Of a DNA stretch of 32,000 nt, positions 1 to 8,183 are shown piece by piece (the first letter of the stretch is position 1; every line of letters begins with the position of its first letter). The notes beneath the pieces are model-generated. The model was not told the DNA's origin. It did not search any database and worked only from the letters and a program-made list of their open reading frames with translations. A program made the position numbers and the translations under genes. Source of the DNA: Candidatus Saganbacteria bacterium (lineage in GTDB: Bacteria > Margulisbacteria > WOR-1 > JAKLHX01); assembly GCA_026387835.1 (NCBI GenBank), contig JAPLKZ010000010.1, positions 90,001 through 122,000 of the forward strand, given 5' to 3'.

Positions 1-468
1 CTTTAATTTTTCGCTCCTGAAAAGCGAGCTCAGTCTGTTGGCGTATGACAGAAGGAATACGTTCGATGAAAAATCTGTCGTCGAATAGACCTCGGGCCTG
101 TCGACCCCGCCCGAACTTGTCCATCTTGTGAGAGGGATCGAGCTTATCCCCGAAGACACAAAGCCCGCTCCGAGATATCCTGCCGGGACCGGTATCGCAC
201 AGCCGATGACAGTATAATTCACATCACCTATCAACGCGGCACGCATCGAAGTAAAATCAAAACCTTTGATCTGGGTCAGGCCGGAGGGGTTTAAAAATAT
301 CGCGGCCGCGTCATCCGCAAGACCGATGTATGCTTTGCCCATCGCAAGCGACCTCGCGCCCACGCCGATTATTGAAGGGTCCACCATCGAAGCCGCAAGC
401 GCAGGGCCCGTGGCAAGCATCATAAAAAGGACGGCTGCCGCCGCTGAATTTTTTAAAGATATTCTCAC
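1..468 (-). CDS. Outer-membrane beta-barrel protein, N-terminal part only (gene runs off the left edge); FadL/TodX/PorV-like opening motif
   Basis: Absent from the ORF track because no stop lies in the window. The minus-strand frame from GTG (468-466) is open to position 1. It reads (M)RISLKNSAAAAVLFMMLATGPALAAS, a signal peptide, then MVDPSIIGVGARSLAMGKAYIGLADDAAAIFLNPSGL. That G-x-R-x-x-AMG-x-A-x-x-x-LADD-x-x-A-x-x-x-NP-x-GL first strand is typical of FadL/PorV-type barrels. The + ORF 266..577 is its antisense shadow. Confidence 0.55.
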   Translation of the reverse strand, partial: MRISLKNSAAAAVLFMMLATGPALAASMVDPSIIGVGARSLAMGKAYIGLADDAAAIFLNPSGLTQIKGFDFTSMRAALIGDVNYTVIGCAIPVPAGYLGAGFVSSGISSIPLTRWTSSGGVDRPEVYSTTDFSSNVFLLSYANRLSSLFRSEKLK

Positions 469-475
469 AAGATAT

Positions 476-505
476 ATTGTAGTCTTTCAGTTCCATATAA
501 GTCAA
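476..505 (-). promoter_or_regulatory. Putative sigma-70 promoter of the barrel gene (TTGACT-N18-TACAAT)
   Basis: On the minus strand, TTGACT lies at 505-500 and TACAAT at 481-476. Only 7 nt separate the -10 box from the GTG at 468, and there is no SD. Confidence 0.3.
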
Positions 506-541
506 GATAAACCTGCCGGGACGCGGTTTTCAATAAAAAGC

Positions 542-570
542 TTTCCAAAAAATATCAGGCGTTATATAAT
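542..570 (+). promoter_or_regulatory. Putative sigma-70 promoter of rpoN (TTTCCA-N17-TATAAT)
   Basis: TTTCCA is at 542-547 and TATAAT at 565-570, with 17-nt spacing. A GGGGAG SD lies 8 nt before the ATG at 624. Confidence 0.35.
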
Positions 571-623
571 AAAATAACTGAAATTTTGGAAAAATACAGC
601 GGATAGTTAATGGGGAGAAAAAT

Positions 624-1991
624 ATGGGCATGACCGCCGGTCAAAACATGTTCTTGGATATTTCACTGAATATAAATCTGATGCTGAACCCCCGCATGCT
701 GCAGATGCTGAACGTTCTGAACCTTCCGTATGCCGAGCTCGTAGAAAAGATCAAAACGGAAGCCGAAGAAAATCCGCTTATCGAAATCGAACGCAGGGAC
801 GCGATGATAGAATACCTGAGATACCACAGCAGCACGCCCCTGAAAGAGACCCCTTCCGGCCTTCCGGAAGAAGGAAGCGAGGCCGGTTTTGAGCATTACA
901 TACAAAAGGGCGTCGAACTTGTGCCCCATCTCATGTCGCAGGCCGGACTGCTCGATATTTCCGAAAAGGAAAAAGAGATCGTGACCGAACTTATAAAGCA
1001 TCTCGACATCAACGGCTATATCAGGGACTGGGAAAGCGTTTCACCGGCCGTTATGAGCGCTCTCGGCGCCGCGGAAAAAGAGATCGAAGAAGCGCTCGGC
1101 CTTTTGCAAGGCCTTGAGCCTGACGGCATCGGCGCGAGAGACCTGAAAGAATGCCTTCTGATCCAGATCAGCGAATATGATTTTGAAGACGAGACCCTGG
1201 TAAAGCTGCTTAAGAAAGCCGTTTCCTCCCATCTGGACGAGATCGCTTCCAGAGACCTGGCCGCTATCTCAAAGTCGCTTGACATAACCGAAGAAGGGGC
1301 GCTCCAGATATGCGATTTCATAAAGAACAACCTGACCCCTTATCCTGGAGCCGCGTTCTCTTCATCCGCGACCCCGGCCATTCCGTCATTTTCCGTAAAA
1401 AAAGAAGGGCCGGAAATAAAACTGGTGAACCTTGAGACCAGATACGGGCCTGTCATCAAGCTGAGCCCTCAGTACCTGAAGATGCTTAAGGACCCCGGGA
1501 CCGACGCGGCGACCGTCTCGTTCATCAAGGAAAAGATAGACAAGGCCAACGAGCTCATCGAGCAGCTTGCAAAGCGCGGCGAAACGCTTGAAAAGATCGC
1601 TGTAGAGATCACCGAAAAACAAAAGGATTATCTTTTCGGAAAGTCCGCTCACCCGGCCCCTCTGCTTCAAAAAAGCATCTCGGCAAAGTTCGGCATCCAT
1701 CCCTCGACCGTCAGCAGGGCCGTTTCCGAAAAATATATCGAGACGCCGAAAGGCGTGATCAGCCTTAAGTCCCTTTGCCCGAAAGAGATACTGGGGACGA
1801 CCACCAATTCTCTCAGGGAAAAGGTACTTCAATTGATCTCAGCAGAGGACAATAAGGCCCCGTTGTCGGACTCCGACATACAAAGGCTGCTTTCAGCCCG
1901 GGGCTTTGACATAAAAAGAAGGACCGTGACCGATTACAGGAAAAAACTTTCCATCGGCACGGTCGCAGAGCGTAAGAAAGGCAAGCCGTGA
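624..1991 (+). CDS. rpoN: RNA polymerase sigma-54 factor
   Basis: 455 aa. The N-terminal region I is Leu/Gln-rich (LNPRMLQMLNVLNLPYAELVEKIKTEAEENPLIEIE). The C-terminus carries an HTH (HPSTVSRAVSEKYIETPKG) and an RpoN box (KRRTVTDYRKKL). Confidence 0.93.
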   Translation: MGMTAGQNMFLDISLNINLMLNPRMLQMLNVLNLPYAELVEKIKTEAEENPLIEIERRDAMIEYLRYHSSTPLKETPSGLPEEGSEAGFEHYIQKGVELVPHLMSQAGLLDISEKEKEIVTELIKHLDINGYIRDWESVSPAVMSALGAAEKEIEEALGLLQGLEPDGIGARDLKECLLIQISEYDFEDETLVKLLKKAVSSHLDEIASRDLAAISKSLDITEEGALQICDFIKNNLTPYPGAAFSSSATPAIPSFSVKKEGPEIKLVNLETRYGPVIKLSPQYLKMLKDPGTDAATVSFIKEKIDKANELIEQLAKRGETLEKIAVEITEKQKDYLFGKSAHPAPLLQKSISAKFGIHPSTVSRAVSEKYIETPKGVISLKSLCPKEILGTTTNSLREKVLQLISAEDNKAPLSDSDIQRLLSARGFDIKRRTVTDYRKKLSIGTVAERKKGKP

Positions 1992-3334
1992 ACAAGCCTA
2001 AAATACTGATAATCGACGACGATAAGAACCTGAGGGCTTCCATGAAGATGGCATTGAAGGATTCTTATGATGTGTCCGAAGCCGAAAGCGGCGAGACAGG
2101 GCTTCAAAAGATCGTCAGGGAAAGTGTCGATCTTGTGCTTCTCGACCTGCGTCTGCCCGGCACGAACGGGCTCAAGGTCCTGCAGGAGATCAAGAAGATC
2201 GACGAGACGATGAACGTAATAATGATAACCGCGGACAACACCGTCAAAAAGGCCGTTGATGCGATGAAACACGGCGCGTATGATTACATCACAAAACCGT
2301 TCGATCTTGAAGAACTGTCCCTGCTGGTCGCAAAAGCTCTTGAAAAAATATCCATACAAAAAGAGAACCTCATCCTCAGGCAGTCTATCGGTCCCTTGAA
2401 AGACCGGATGATCGGCAACAGCCGGAAGATAAAGGAACTTTTTTCGCTGATCGACGATATCGCCGGCAGCTCCGCGACAGTACTGATCCAGGGTGAGACC
2501 GGAGTGGGCAAAGAGCTCGTCGCGCGCCAGATCCACAAAAGATCCGGCCGCTCCGCCAAATTGTTCATCACGGTCAACTGCTCCGCTATTCCGGATAACC
2601 TCATAGAATCCGAACTTTTCGGCCACGAAAAAGGCTCGTTCACGGGAGCTTTCGAACGCCACCTGGGAAAATTTGAGATGGCCGACGGCGGGACGATATT
2701 CCTTGACGAGGTAGCGACCCTCGCTCCCAACATGCAGGCCAAACTGCTCCGGGTACTTCAGGAAAAGACGATCGAGCGCGTCGGTTCCGAAAGGCCTATA
2801 GATATTGACGCGAGGATAATCTCGGCCACCAATATTGACCTGAAAAAAGTCGTCGCAGAGGGCAAGTTCAGGGAGGACCTTTTTTACAGGCTGAACGTGA
2901 TCCCTGTCATTGTCCCTCCCCTGCGCGAAAGAAAAGATGACATAGGCCTTCTGGCGGCGCATTTCATAAAGAAATACGCCGTAATGCTTAACAAGAACAT
3001 AATCGGCATGACTGAAGAAGCCGCTCGTCTGCTGAATGATTATTCATGGCCGGGCAACGTAAGGGAACTCGGGAACCTTATCGAAAGGCTCGTCGTCCTG
3101 GGAAAGGAAAAATACATATCCGCAAAGTCCCTTCCCAGCGAGATAACAAAGGATGAAAAGTCGCCTACTATCAGGGAGATACGGCGTCTCAGCCTTAAAG
3201 AGGCCACAAAAGAGTTCGAAAAGGACTTTATCAGGCAGATAATCGTCAAAGCCGGCGGCAGCAAATCCAAAGCCGCAAAAATGCTGGGGATCCACAGGAA
3301 CACTCTTCTGCAGCTTGAAAAAAAACTTAATTAG
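1988..3334 (+). CDS. Sigma-54-dependent response regulator (NtrC/PilR family bEBP: REC + AAA+ + Fis-type HTH)
   Basis: The GTG start overlaps the rpoN stop (GTGA). REC domain: KILIIDDD, LVLLDLRLPG, TKPF. AAA+ motifs are intact: Walker A GETGVGKE, sigma-54 contact loop GSFTGA, Walker B IFLDEV, and WPGNVREL. C-terminal HTH: KSKAAKMLGIHRNTLLQLEKKL. Confidence 0.92.
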   Translation: MNKPKILIIDDDKNLRASMKMALKDSYDVSEAESGETGLQKIVRESVDLVLLDLRLPGTNGLKVLQEIKKIDETMNVIMITADNTVKKAVDAMKHGAYDYITKPFDLEELSLLVAKALEKISIQKENLILRQSIGPLKDRMIGNSRKIKELFSLIDDIAGSSATVLIQGETGVGKELVARQIHKRSGRSAKLFITVNCSAIPDNLIESELFGHEKGSFTGAFERHLGKFEMADGGTIFLDEVATLAPNMQAKLLRVLQEKTIERVGSERPIDIDARIISATNIDLKKVVAEGKFREDLFYRLNVIPVIVPPLRERKDDIGLLAAHFIKKYAVMLNKNIIGMTEEAARLLNDYSWPGNVRELGNLIERLVVLGKEKYISAKSLPSEITKDEKSPTIREIRRLSLKEATKEFEKDFIRQIIVKAGGSKSKAAKMLGIHRNTLLQLEKKLN

Positions 3335-3348
3335 GATTACAATTGTCT

Positions 3349-3386
3349 TGCACATAAACATGTGCACCTGCACATTTTTATATGCA
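3349..3386. promoter_or_regulatory. Two tandem 18-bp dyads, candidate enhancer (UAS) for an NtrC-family activator
   Basis: TGCACAT-AAAC-ATGTGCA (3349-3366) is a perfect dyad. TGCACAT-TTTT-ATATGCA (3369-3386) has one mismatch. The centres are 20 bp apart and lie about 85-105 bp upstream of the -24 element. Confidence 0.55.
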
Positions 3387-3461
3387 TTTTTTACGGGAAG
3401 CTCTGGCTGATTTTGTTCGGATTTAGAGCGGCGGGCCTGTCCGCCGAAGCCCGGAGGGCGA

Positions 3462-3477
3462 AGGCGGGCAAATTGCT
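3462..3477 (+). promoter_or_regulatory. Sigma-54 (-24/-12) promoter
   Basis: aGGCGGGcaaaTTGCT has GG at 3463-3464 and GC at 3475-3476. The spacing matches the consensus TGGCACG-N4-TTGCW exactly. A GGAGG SD and the ATG at 3517 follow. Confidence 0.6.
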
Positions 3478-3516
3478 TATTTCCTCTTATAGATATAGCG
3501 GAAGGAGGAAAAGACC

Positions 3517-3852
3517 ATGGAAAGTAATAATCTCGACAGGACCATCGGGAAAAGACCCTCAAAAGATCTTGAAGGCGCGTTGATGTTCGGCATCAAGGAC
3601 CAGGACAAAATAGAGAAGTTCGAGGGTATCCTTACTGAAGTTTTTTGTACTTCGGACAGCATCAGCGAAGCTGTAGAAAAGATGGTGACGGCTGCCCTCA
3701 CCGTGGAATTCGGCGAAAGCCTGCTTAAGAAGGATGGAGCAAAGAACATGGTATCCACAATCTCAAGAAGCATCATATCCGACAGCGAACTGAGGAAACA
3801 GTCCCTGATAATCATGGACAGGTTCGCAAAGCCAACGGAACTCAACGCATGA
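3517..3852 (+). CDS. Hypothetical 111-aa cytoplasmic protein, first gene of the sigma-54-driven pair
   Basis: A GGAGG SD lies 8 nt upstream. The stop overlaps the next start (ATGA). There is no signal peptide or TM segment, and I recognise no family motif. Confidence 0.65.
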   Translation: MESNNLDRTIGKRPSKDLEGALMFGIKDQDKIEKFEGILTEVFCTSDSISEAVEKMVTAALTVEFGESLLKKDGAKNMVSTISRSIISDSELRKQSLIIMDRFAKPTELNA

Positions 3853-5222
3853 CACCGGAATTAAAACCCGTGGTCCTCGTGGTGGACGACGAGACAAGTA
3901 TAAGGGAGTCTTTTTCACTTATACTGCAGGACCAGTATAATGTGGTCGGCGTCGCTTCGGGCGAGGCCGCGGTCAAGAAGATCGTCGATTCAAGCGTAGA
4001 TCTGGTATACCTTGACATCCGCATGCCCGGGATAGACGGCATTGAAACTCTCCGCAAGATAAAAGATATCGATGACACCATCGAAGTCGTGATGGTCACC
4101 GCCGTGAACGATATCCAGAAAGCCGGCGAAGCCATCCGGATAGGCGCAAATAATTATATAGTCAAGCCGTTTGACGTGGACCAGATAATCATGATGACAA
4201 AAGCGCTGACCGGAAAAAAGATACTCAAACACGAGACAAAAAAGATAAGGAACGGCGCGAAGTCGCGGCCATCGGCTCCCGAAATACCGGGGGTCTCAAA
4301 GCAGATAAGCGACGTCACGGCCAGACTGGACAAATTGTCCTCATCCGATGCTACCGTACTTTTTACCGGCGAAAGAGGTTCCGATGTCGAGAGATTCGCG
4401 TTCTTTGTCCATTTAAAAAGCGGCAGAAAAGCCCTCCCCTTCAAGGTCATCGATATAGCGCAAAACATCCAGGAAGACATCCTTTATGACAGGCTTTTCG
4501 GAAGCGGTAAAGGCTCTTTCATAAATGCTCTTGAAAAAGACACCGGCATCATTGAAGAAGCCGCCGGCGGAAGCGTCCTTATTCTGAACATCGAGAATGC
4601 GCCGCTGACGGTGCAGGACGCGCTGTTAAAATTTATTTCGGAAAGATCATTCAACCGGAGGGGAAGCCTTTTTTCCCTTTCAGCCGATGTCAGGGTGATG
4701 TTCTTCAGCTGCAAAGACCTGAAATCGCTTGCGGATGAGGGCGCTTTTTCCGCAAAGCTGCTGTCGCTCTGCAAGGACTCATCCGTGGAGATCCCGCCTC
4801 TGAACCGCAGAAAAGAAGACATCGCGAGCATAACAAGCGATATCATGGAAGAACTCAATACCGAATACAACAGGAGTTTCAAGGAATTGAGCCGGGACGC
4901 GCTTGATATTCTTTCCTCTTATTCCTGGCCCGGTGATGAATGCGAGCTAAAAAGCCTTCTGAGGCGCGTTATCTGCTCCAGGGATCAGCAGATGATCAGG
5001 GCCTCGGACCTGCCGTACGGTTTTTTCCTGGACCGCGGCTTGTTCCCTGCTTCCGAAGAAACCAGGCAGTTCTCACTTGCTGAAATGTCGTCTAAGTTCG
5101 AAAAAAACCTTATCCGAGGCGTCCTGAAAAAATGTAATTTTGACCTTAAAAAAACCGCGCAGGCGCTCAACATCACAAAGACAGCGCTGACCTCGAAGAT
5201 AGAAACGCTGGAGATAGCCTGA
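3849..5222 (+). CDS. Response regulator with a degenerate (pseudo-ATPase) NtrC-like central domain and Fis-type HTH
   Basis: The REC domain is intact (VLVVDDE, LVYLDIRMPG, VKPF). The central domain is collinear with the 1988..3334 protein, but its motifs are degenerate. Walker A is GERGSDVE (no Lys), the GAFTGA position is GSFINA, Walker B is LILNIE, and WPGDECEL has lost the Arg. C-terminal HTH: LKKTAQALNITKTALTSKIETL. Confidence 0.85.
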   Translation: MTPELKPVVLVVDDETSIRESFSLILQDQYNVVGVASGEAAVKKIVDSSVDLVYLDIRMPGIDGIETLRKIKDIDDTIEVVMVTAVNDIQKAGEAIRIGANNYIVKPFDVDQIIMMTKALTGKKILKHETKKIRNGAKSRPSAPEIPGVSKQISDVTARLDKLSSSDATVLFTGERGSDVERFAFFVHLKSGRKALPFKVIDIAQNIQEDILYDRLFGSGKGSFINALEKDTGIIEEAAGGSVLILNIENAPLTVQDALLKFISERSFNRRGSLFSLSADVRVMFFSCKDLKSLADEGAFSAKLLSLCKDSSVEIPPLNRRKEDIASITSDIMEELNTEYNRSFKELSRDALDILSSYSWPGDECELKSLLRRVICSRDQQMIRASDLPYGFFLDRGLFPASEETRQFSLAEMSSKFEKNLIRGVLKKCNFDLKKTAQALNITKTALTSKIETLEIA

Positions 5223-5240
5223 ATCAGGTCTTTTAATGAA

Positions 5241-5325
5241 TGCCGCGGGCCGGAGTCGAACCGGCATGGATTATGCATCCAAGGGATTTTAAGTCCCTCG
5301 TGTATACCAATTCCACCACCGCGGC
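5241..5325 (-). tRNA. tRNA-Leu, anticodon UAA
   Basis: The minus-strand sequence is GCCGCGG-TG-GTGGAATTGGTATACAC-G-AGGGA-CTTAAAA-TCCCT-(long variable arm TGGATGCATAATCCATG)-GCCGG-TTCGACT-CCGGC-CCGCGGC-A. It has a 7-bp acceptor stem, a TTCGA T-loop and a class II variable arm. CCA is not encoded. Confidence 0.93.
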
Positions 5326-5332
5326 TGACGGT

Positions 5333-5611
5333 CTACTTATTATAGATTATTTTGTAGGCAGTTTCTCCGCTTTTTACCAGCCCTAATTTCTGTCTCGCGA
5401 TCAACTCGATGTCATCATCGCTATTTAATGATCTCAATTTTTTGAGCAAATACTGTTTTCTCTCGGTTTCCTGCTTGACCATTACAGACATCTTTTCATT
5501 TTGCTTTTTCAGGTTTGCCAGCATATCAAGGTCATTTTTTACGGTTATGACAAGCGCGAGCAACAGAAGGATAAAGATCGTCAGGTCCCATTTTATGTTT
5601 TTTAGCGTCAT
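5333..5611 (-). CDS. ftsB: Septum formation initiator (FtsB/DivIC family)
   Basis: 92 aa. It has one N-terminal TM segment (WDLTIFILLLLALVITV), a coiled coil, and the family ending DDDIELIARQKLGLVKSGETAY. Confidence 0.8.
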   Translation of the reverse strand: MTLKNIKWDLTIFILLLLALVITVKNDLDMLANLKKQNEKMSVMVKQETERKQYLLKKLRSLNSDDDIELIARQKLGLVKSGETAYKIIYNK

Positions 5612-5620
5612 CCTTCGGTC

Positions 5621-8179
5621 CTATTTTAAGATGTTCTTCAACTTCAAAGCCGTTTCGTTCTGGCCGTCAAGCGAAAGCGCCTGGTCGACTTCCTGTCTTG
5701 CGGTCTTGATATCGCCTTTTTTATAATAATAAAGCCCCAGCCCGCTGTGAAGCTGCGGGTAAGCCGGGTCGGACAGCATCACAGTCTGGAAAATCTCAAA
5801 AGCCTTGTCCGTCTTTCCCGTATTGACACAGATGATCCCGATACCCGTCATGGCGCGCACGTCACCGCTGTTTTTTTCCAGCACCCTAGTATAATAGTCG
5901 TTTGCCTTGTCAAACATCCCGAGATCCGTATAAATACTTCCTATCATGACTGCAACATCGATGCCGTCCGGATTTTGCGCCAGTACTTTATCGAATACCT
6001 CCGCTGCTTTTTCAGGCTCGTTCGTGAACTTGTAATATCTGTAGATCGCCTTTCCTACATCGGCAAGCGTCGGGTTCGCTGCGAATGCTTTTTCATAAAA
6101 AGAGATCGCTTCTTTAGTCCTGCCTTTTCTTTCGCTCAAGAAACCCATGTTCTGGTATGCCTCGGCATAATACGGGTCTATCTTTATAGCCGCGATCGTA
6201 TAGGCCTCTGATGATTGATTAAAATCGCCGGCTTTGAGGTCGGTCAATATAAGGTATGTCCGCGCCGCCATGTAATAATTATCGGCATTATAAGGGTCGG
6301 CTTTCTGGCCCTGCTCGAATATCGAGACCGTGCGCTTTACCTGTTTTATATCTTCTTCCCTGTTGCCCGACCTGACGTTCAGCGCGGCCATTCCGAAATT
6401 CGTATAATACATCCCTTCATAAGCGGAAAAATCGAGCGCCTTTTTGTAATCGGACTGACTGGCTTCTGCCTGGTTAGAGTCGGATTCGTTCTTTGCCGTC
6501 TTGTAAAACTTGTCCGCTATATACGGAAATGCCGATATATATAAAAGCACGGCTATCAGGGCCCATGCAAGGATCACCGGCACCCAGTCCGGCCTGAAAT
6601 CCTTTTTCCGCTCCTGGGTCTCTTCTTTTTTGGAAGTTATGTGCGCGGCCATTCCGATCATTATCCAGAAAAGCGATGTGATGGCCACGACCCCGAAGCT
6701 GAACTGGTTCTGGACAAGATATGCCGTCATCGCCCCGAGCAGCCCGCTGAGCATTATCTGATCTTTCGGCCGTTTTTTTATCCCCGAAATGCACAGAAAA
6801 AACACCTGCGCCAGGAGAAAAATATAGGCGCACAGGGTCACAAACCCTCTTGTAACGGTCATGTCAAGGACTTCATTATGGCAGCGGTCCTGTTTAACAT
6901 GGAACGCTTCTTTGAAACGGAACATCGGGGTCTCGTACTGCGGGAATACCATCTTAATGACCTCCGGTCCCACTCCGAATACCGGCCTGTCGGGAATAAA
7001 GCGGAGCGCGGATGTCCATGTTTCAAGGCGGGATCCCGCCGCTCCCTTTAGGTCCAGCCTGGCTGCTCCGGATCTTTCCGCCACGTTTACCTCAAAAAAT
7101 CTCTGGGCCTGCTGGGACCCGAGATTCATGAAAGAGAACAGCGTGACCAGGACGCAGATACCCGCGATAAGTCCCCATATCCTTATGTTGTCGAAAAATA
7201 TTTTACGGCCGCACAGCAGGATGAACAGCGCGAGCGCGCATATAAGACCGAACCATCCTCCCCTGCTCTGGGTGGAGAGTATCCCCAGGAAAATGAAACA
7301 AAGAGAGACCGTCAGGATTATGTTCATCAGTCTCGTGTCAAGTTCTTCAAAATACCACGAAAAATATATGGATATGCCGAATATCAGCAAAAATGCCAGA
7401 AGCCACTGCACCAGCATCGTATTCCCTTCGGCATGGTAGATCGCGTAGATGAATATGAGAGGAGCTGAGATATAGGCCAGTGCGAATTTCGCCTGGAAGA
7501 ATATCTCGTTCCAGTCGCGCCTGAAAGTCGGAGCCGCTTTCTTATACTTGGGTTTCAGCTCGATCTTATAAAGCGGATAGTTCTTTTTCAGCGTAAAAAG
7601 CAGCAGCAGCCCGAGCATGAACGTCATGTCAAGGTAAGCTGCCAGAAAGTTCGGCTGGCCTATTGTCGCTATGACCCTTTCGGCCGTAAGTACCCCGCCC
7701 CATGCGTACGGATCTATTTCCAGCCTCTGGATCAAACCGTAAGAGGACATCACGACAGCGGCCATGACGGACAGCATCAACACCCTGCGCATCTTGACTT
7801 CATCGGCCAAAAAGTTTGTCGAGATGAAGAACAGTGCCGCGTAATTTATTATCGTGATGAAGCCTTCATATCTTCCGTAAGAACCGACGATGCTTATATA
7901 TACATTGATCGAAAGCAGCGTGGCGGCCGCAACGCATAACAGATACGTGACGACAGGAAGGTCGAGCCCGGTCCTGATAAGTTTTTTGCCTCCCCCGACC
8001 GATAATTTTGTCACCCACAGGCCGACGACTATCAGCGTAAGCGCTCTTATCCATGTCGCCTTGCTTAAAGAAAAGACTATGCCGATCCTTCTGTCAAAGT
8101 ATAGAGGAGCAAACAGGATTATGAGCAGAATAGTGATCTCGATCGCGTAATCGATATATTTTGATATTTTTTCGGTCAT
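5621..8179 (-). CDS. Polytopic Wzy_C (O-antigen ligase-like) membrane protein with a C-terminal TPR array
   Basis: The N-terminal two thirds hold more than 10 TM segments, including the Wzy_C-like core LSTQSRGGWFGLICALALFILL. The C-terminal roughly 300 aa are TPR repeats (AEAYQNMGFL, EAISFYEKAFAANP, AAEVFDKVLAQNP, and others). I prefer the ATG at 8179. The ORF track begins at an upstream TTG (8203), which overlaps pilD. Confidence 0.85.
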   Translation of the reverse strand: MTEKISKYIDYAIEITILLIILFAPLYFDRRIGIVFSLSKATWIRALTLIVVGLWVTKLSVGGGKKLIRTGLDLPVVTYLLCVAAATLLSINVYISIVGSYGRYEGFITIINYAALFFISTNFLADEVKMRRVLMLSVMAAVVMSSYGLIQRLEIDPYAWGGVLTAERVIATIGQPNFLAAYLDMTFMLGLLLLFTLKKNYPLYKIELKPKYKKAAPTFRRDWNEIFFQAKFALAYISAPLIFIYAIYHAEGNTMLVQWLLAFLLIFGISIYFSWYFEELDTRLMNIILTVSLCFIFLGILSTQSRGGWFGLICALALFILLCGRKIFFDNIRIWGLIAGICVLVTLFSFMNLGSQQAQRFFEVNVAERSGAARLDLKGAAGSRLETWTSALRFIPDRPVFGVGPEVIKMVFPQYETPMFRFKEAFHVKQDRCHNEVLDMTVTRGFVTLCAYIFLLAQVFFLCISGIKKRPKDQIMLSGLLGAMTAYLVQNQFSFGVVAITSLFWIMIGMAAHITSKKEETQERKKDFRPDWVPVILAWALIAVLLYISAFPYIADKFYKTAKNESDSNQAEASQSDYKKALDFSAYEGMYYTNFGMAALNVRSGNREEDIKQVKRTVSIFEQGQKADPYNADNYYMAARTYLILTDLKAGDFNQSSEAYTIAAIKIDPYYAEAYQNMGFLSERKGRTKEAISFYEKAFAANPTLADVGKAIYRYYKFTNEPEKAAEVFDKVLAQNPDGIDVAVMIGSIYTDLGMFDKANDYYTRVLEKNSGDVRAMTGIGIICVNTGKTDKAFEIFQTVMLSDPAYPQLHSGLGLYYYKKGDIKTARQEVDQALSLDGQNETALKLKNILK

Positions 8180-8183
8180 CTTG

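Noticed and set aside
266-577. A 103-aa + strand ORF at the left end.
   Set aside because: It is antisense to the signal-peptide-bearing barrel gene (1..468, minus), and its 3' part runs through promoter-like AT-rich DNA. It has no SD and no recognisable motif.
1934-2962. A 342-aa ORF on the minus strand, plus similar long antisense ORFs at 12165..13343 (392 aa), 3044..3562, 25741..26313 and 30924..31652.
   Set aside because: Each lies entirely antisense to a gene with unmistakable family motifs (bEBP, pilT, GspF-like, permease). Their translations are low-complexity and Arg/Gly/Phe-rich with no motifs. These are typical shadow ORFs.
5241-5325. tRNA-Leu as an integration hotspot marking a genomic island (the pilus locus lies beyond it).
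   Set aside because: There is no integrase and no duplicated tRNA 3' segment (att-like repeat) anywhere in the window. The flanking genes (ftsB, regulators) are ordinary chromosomal content.
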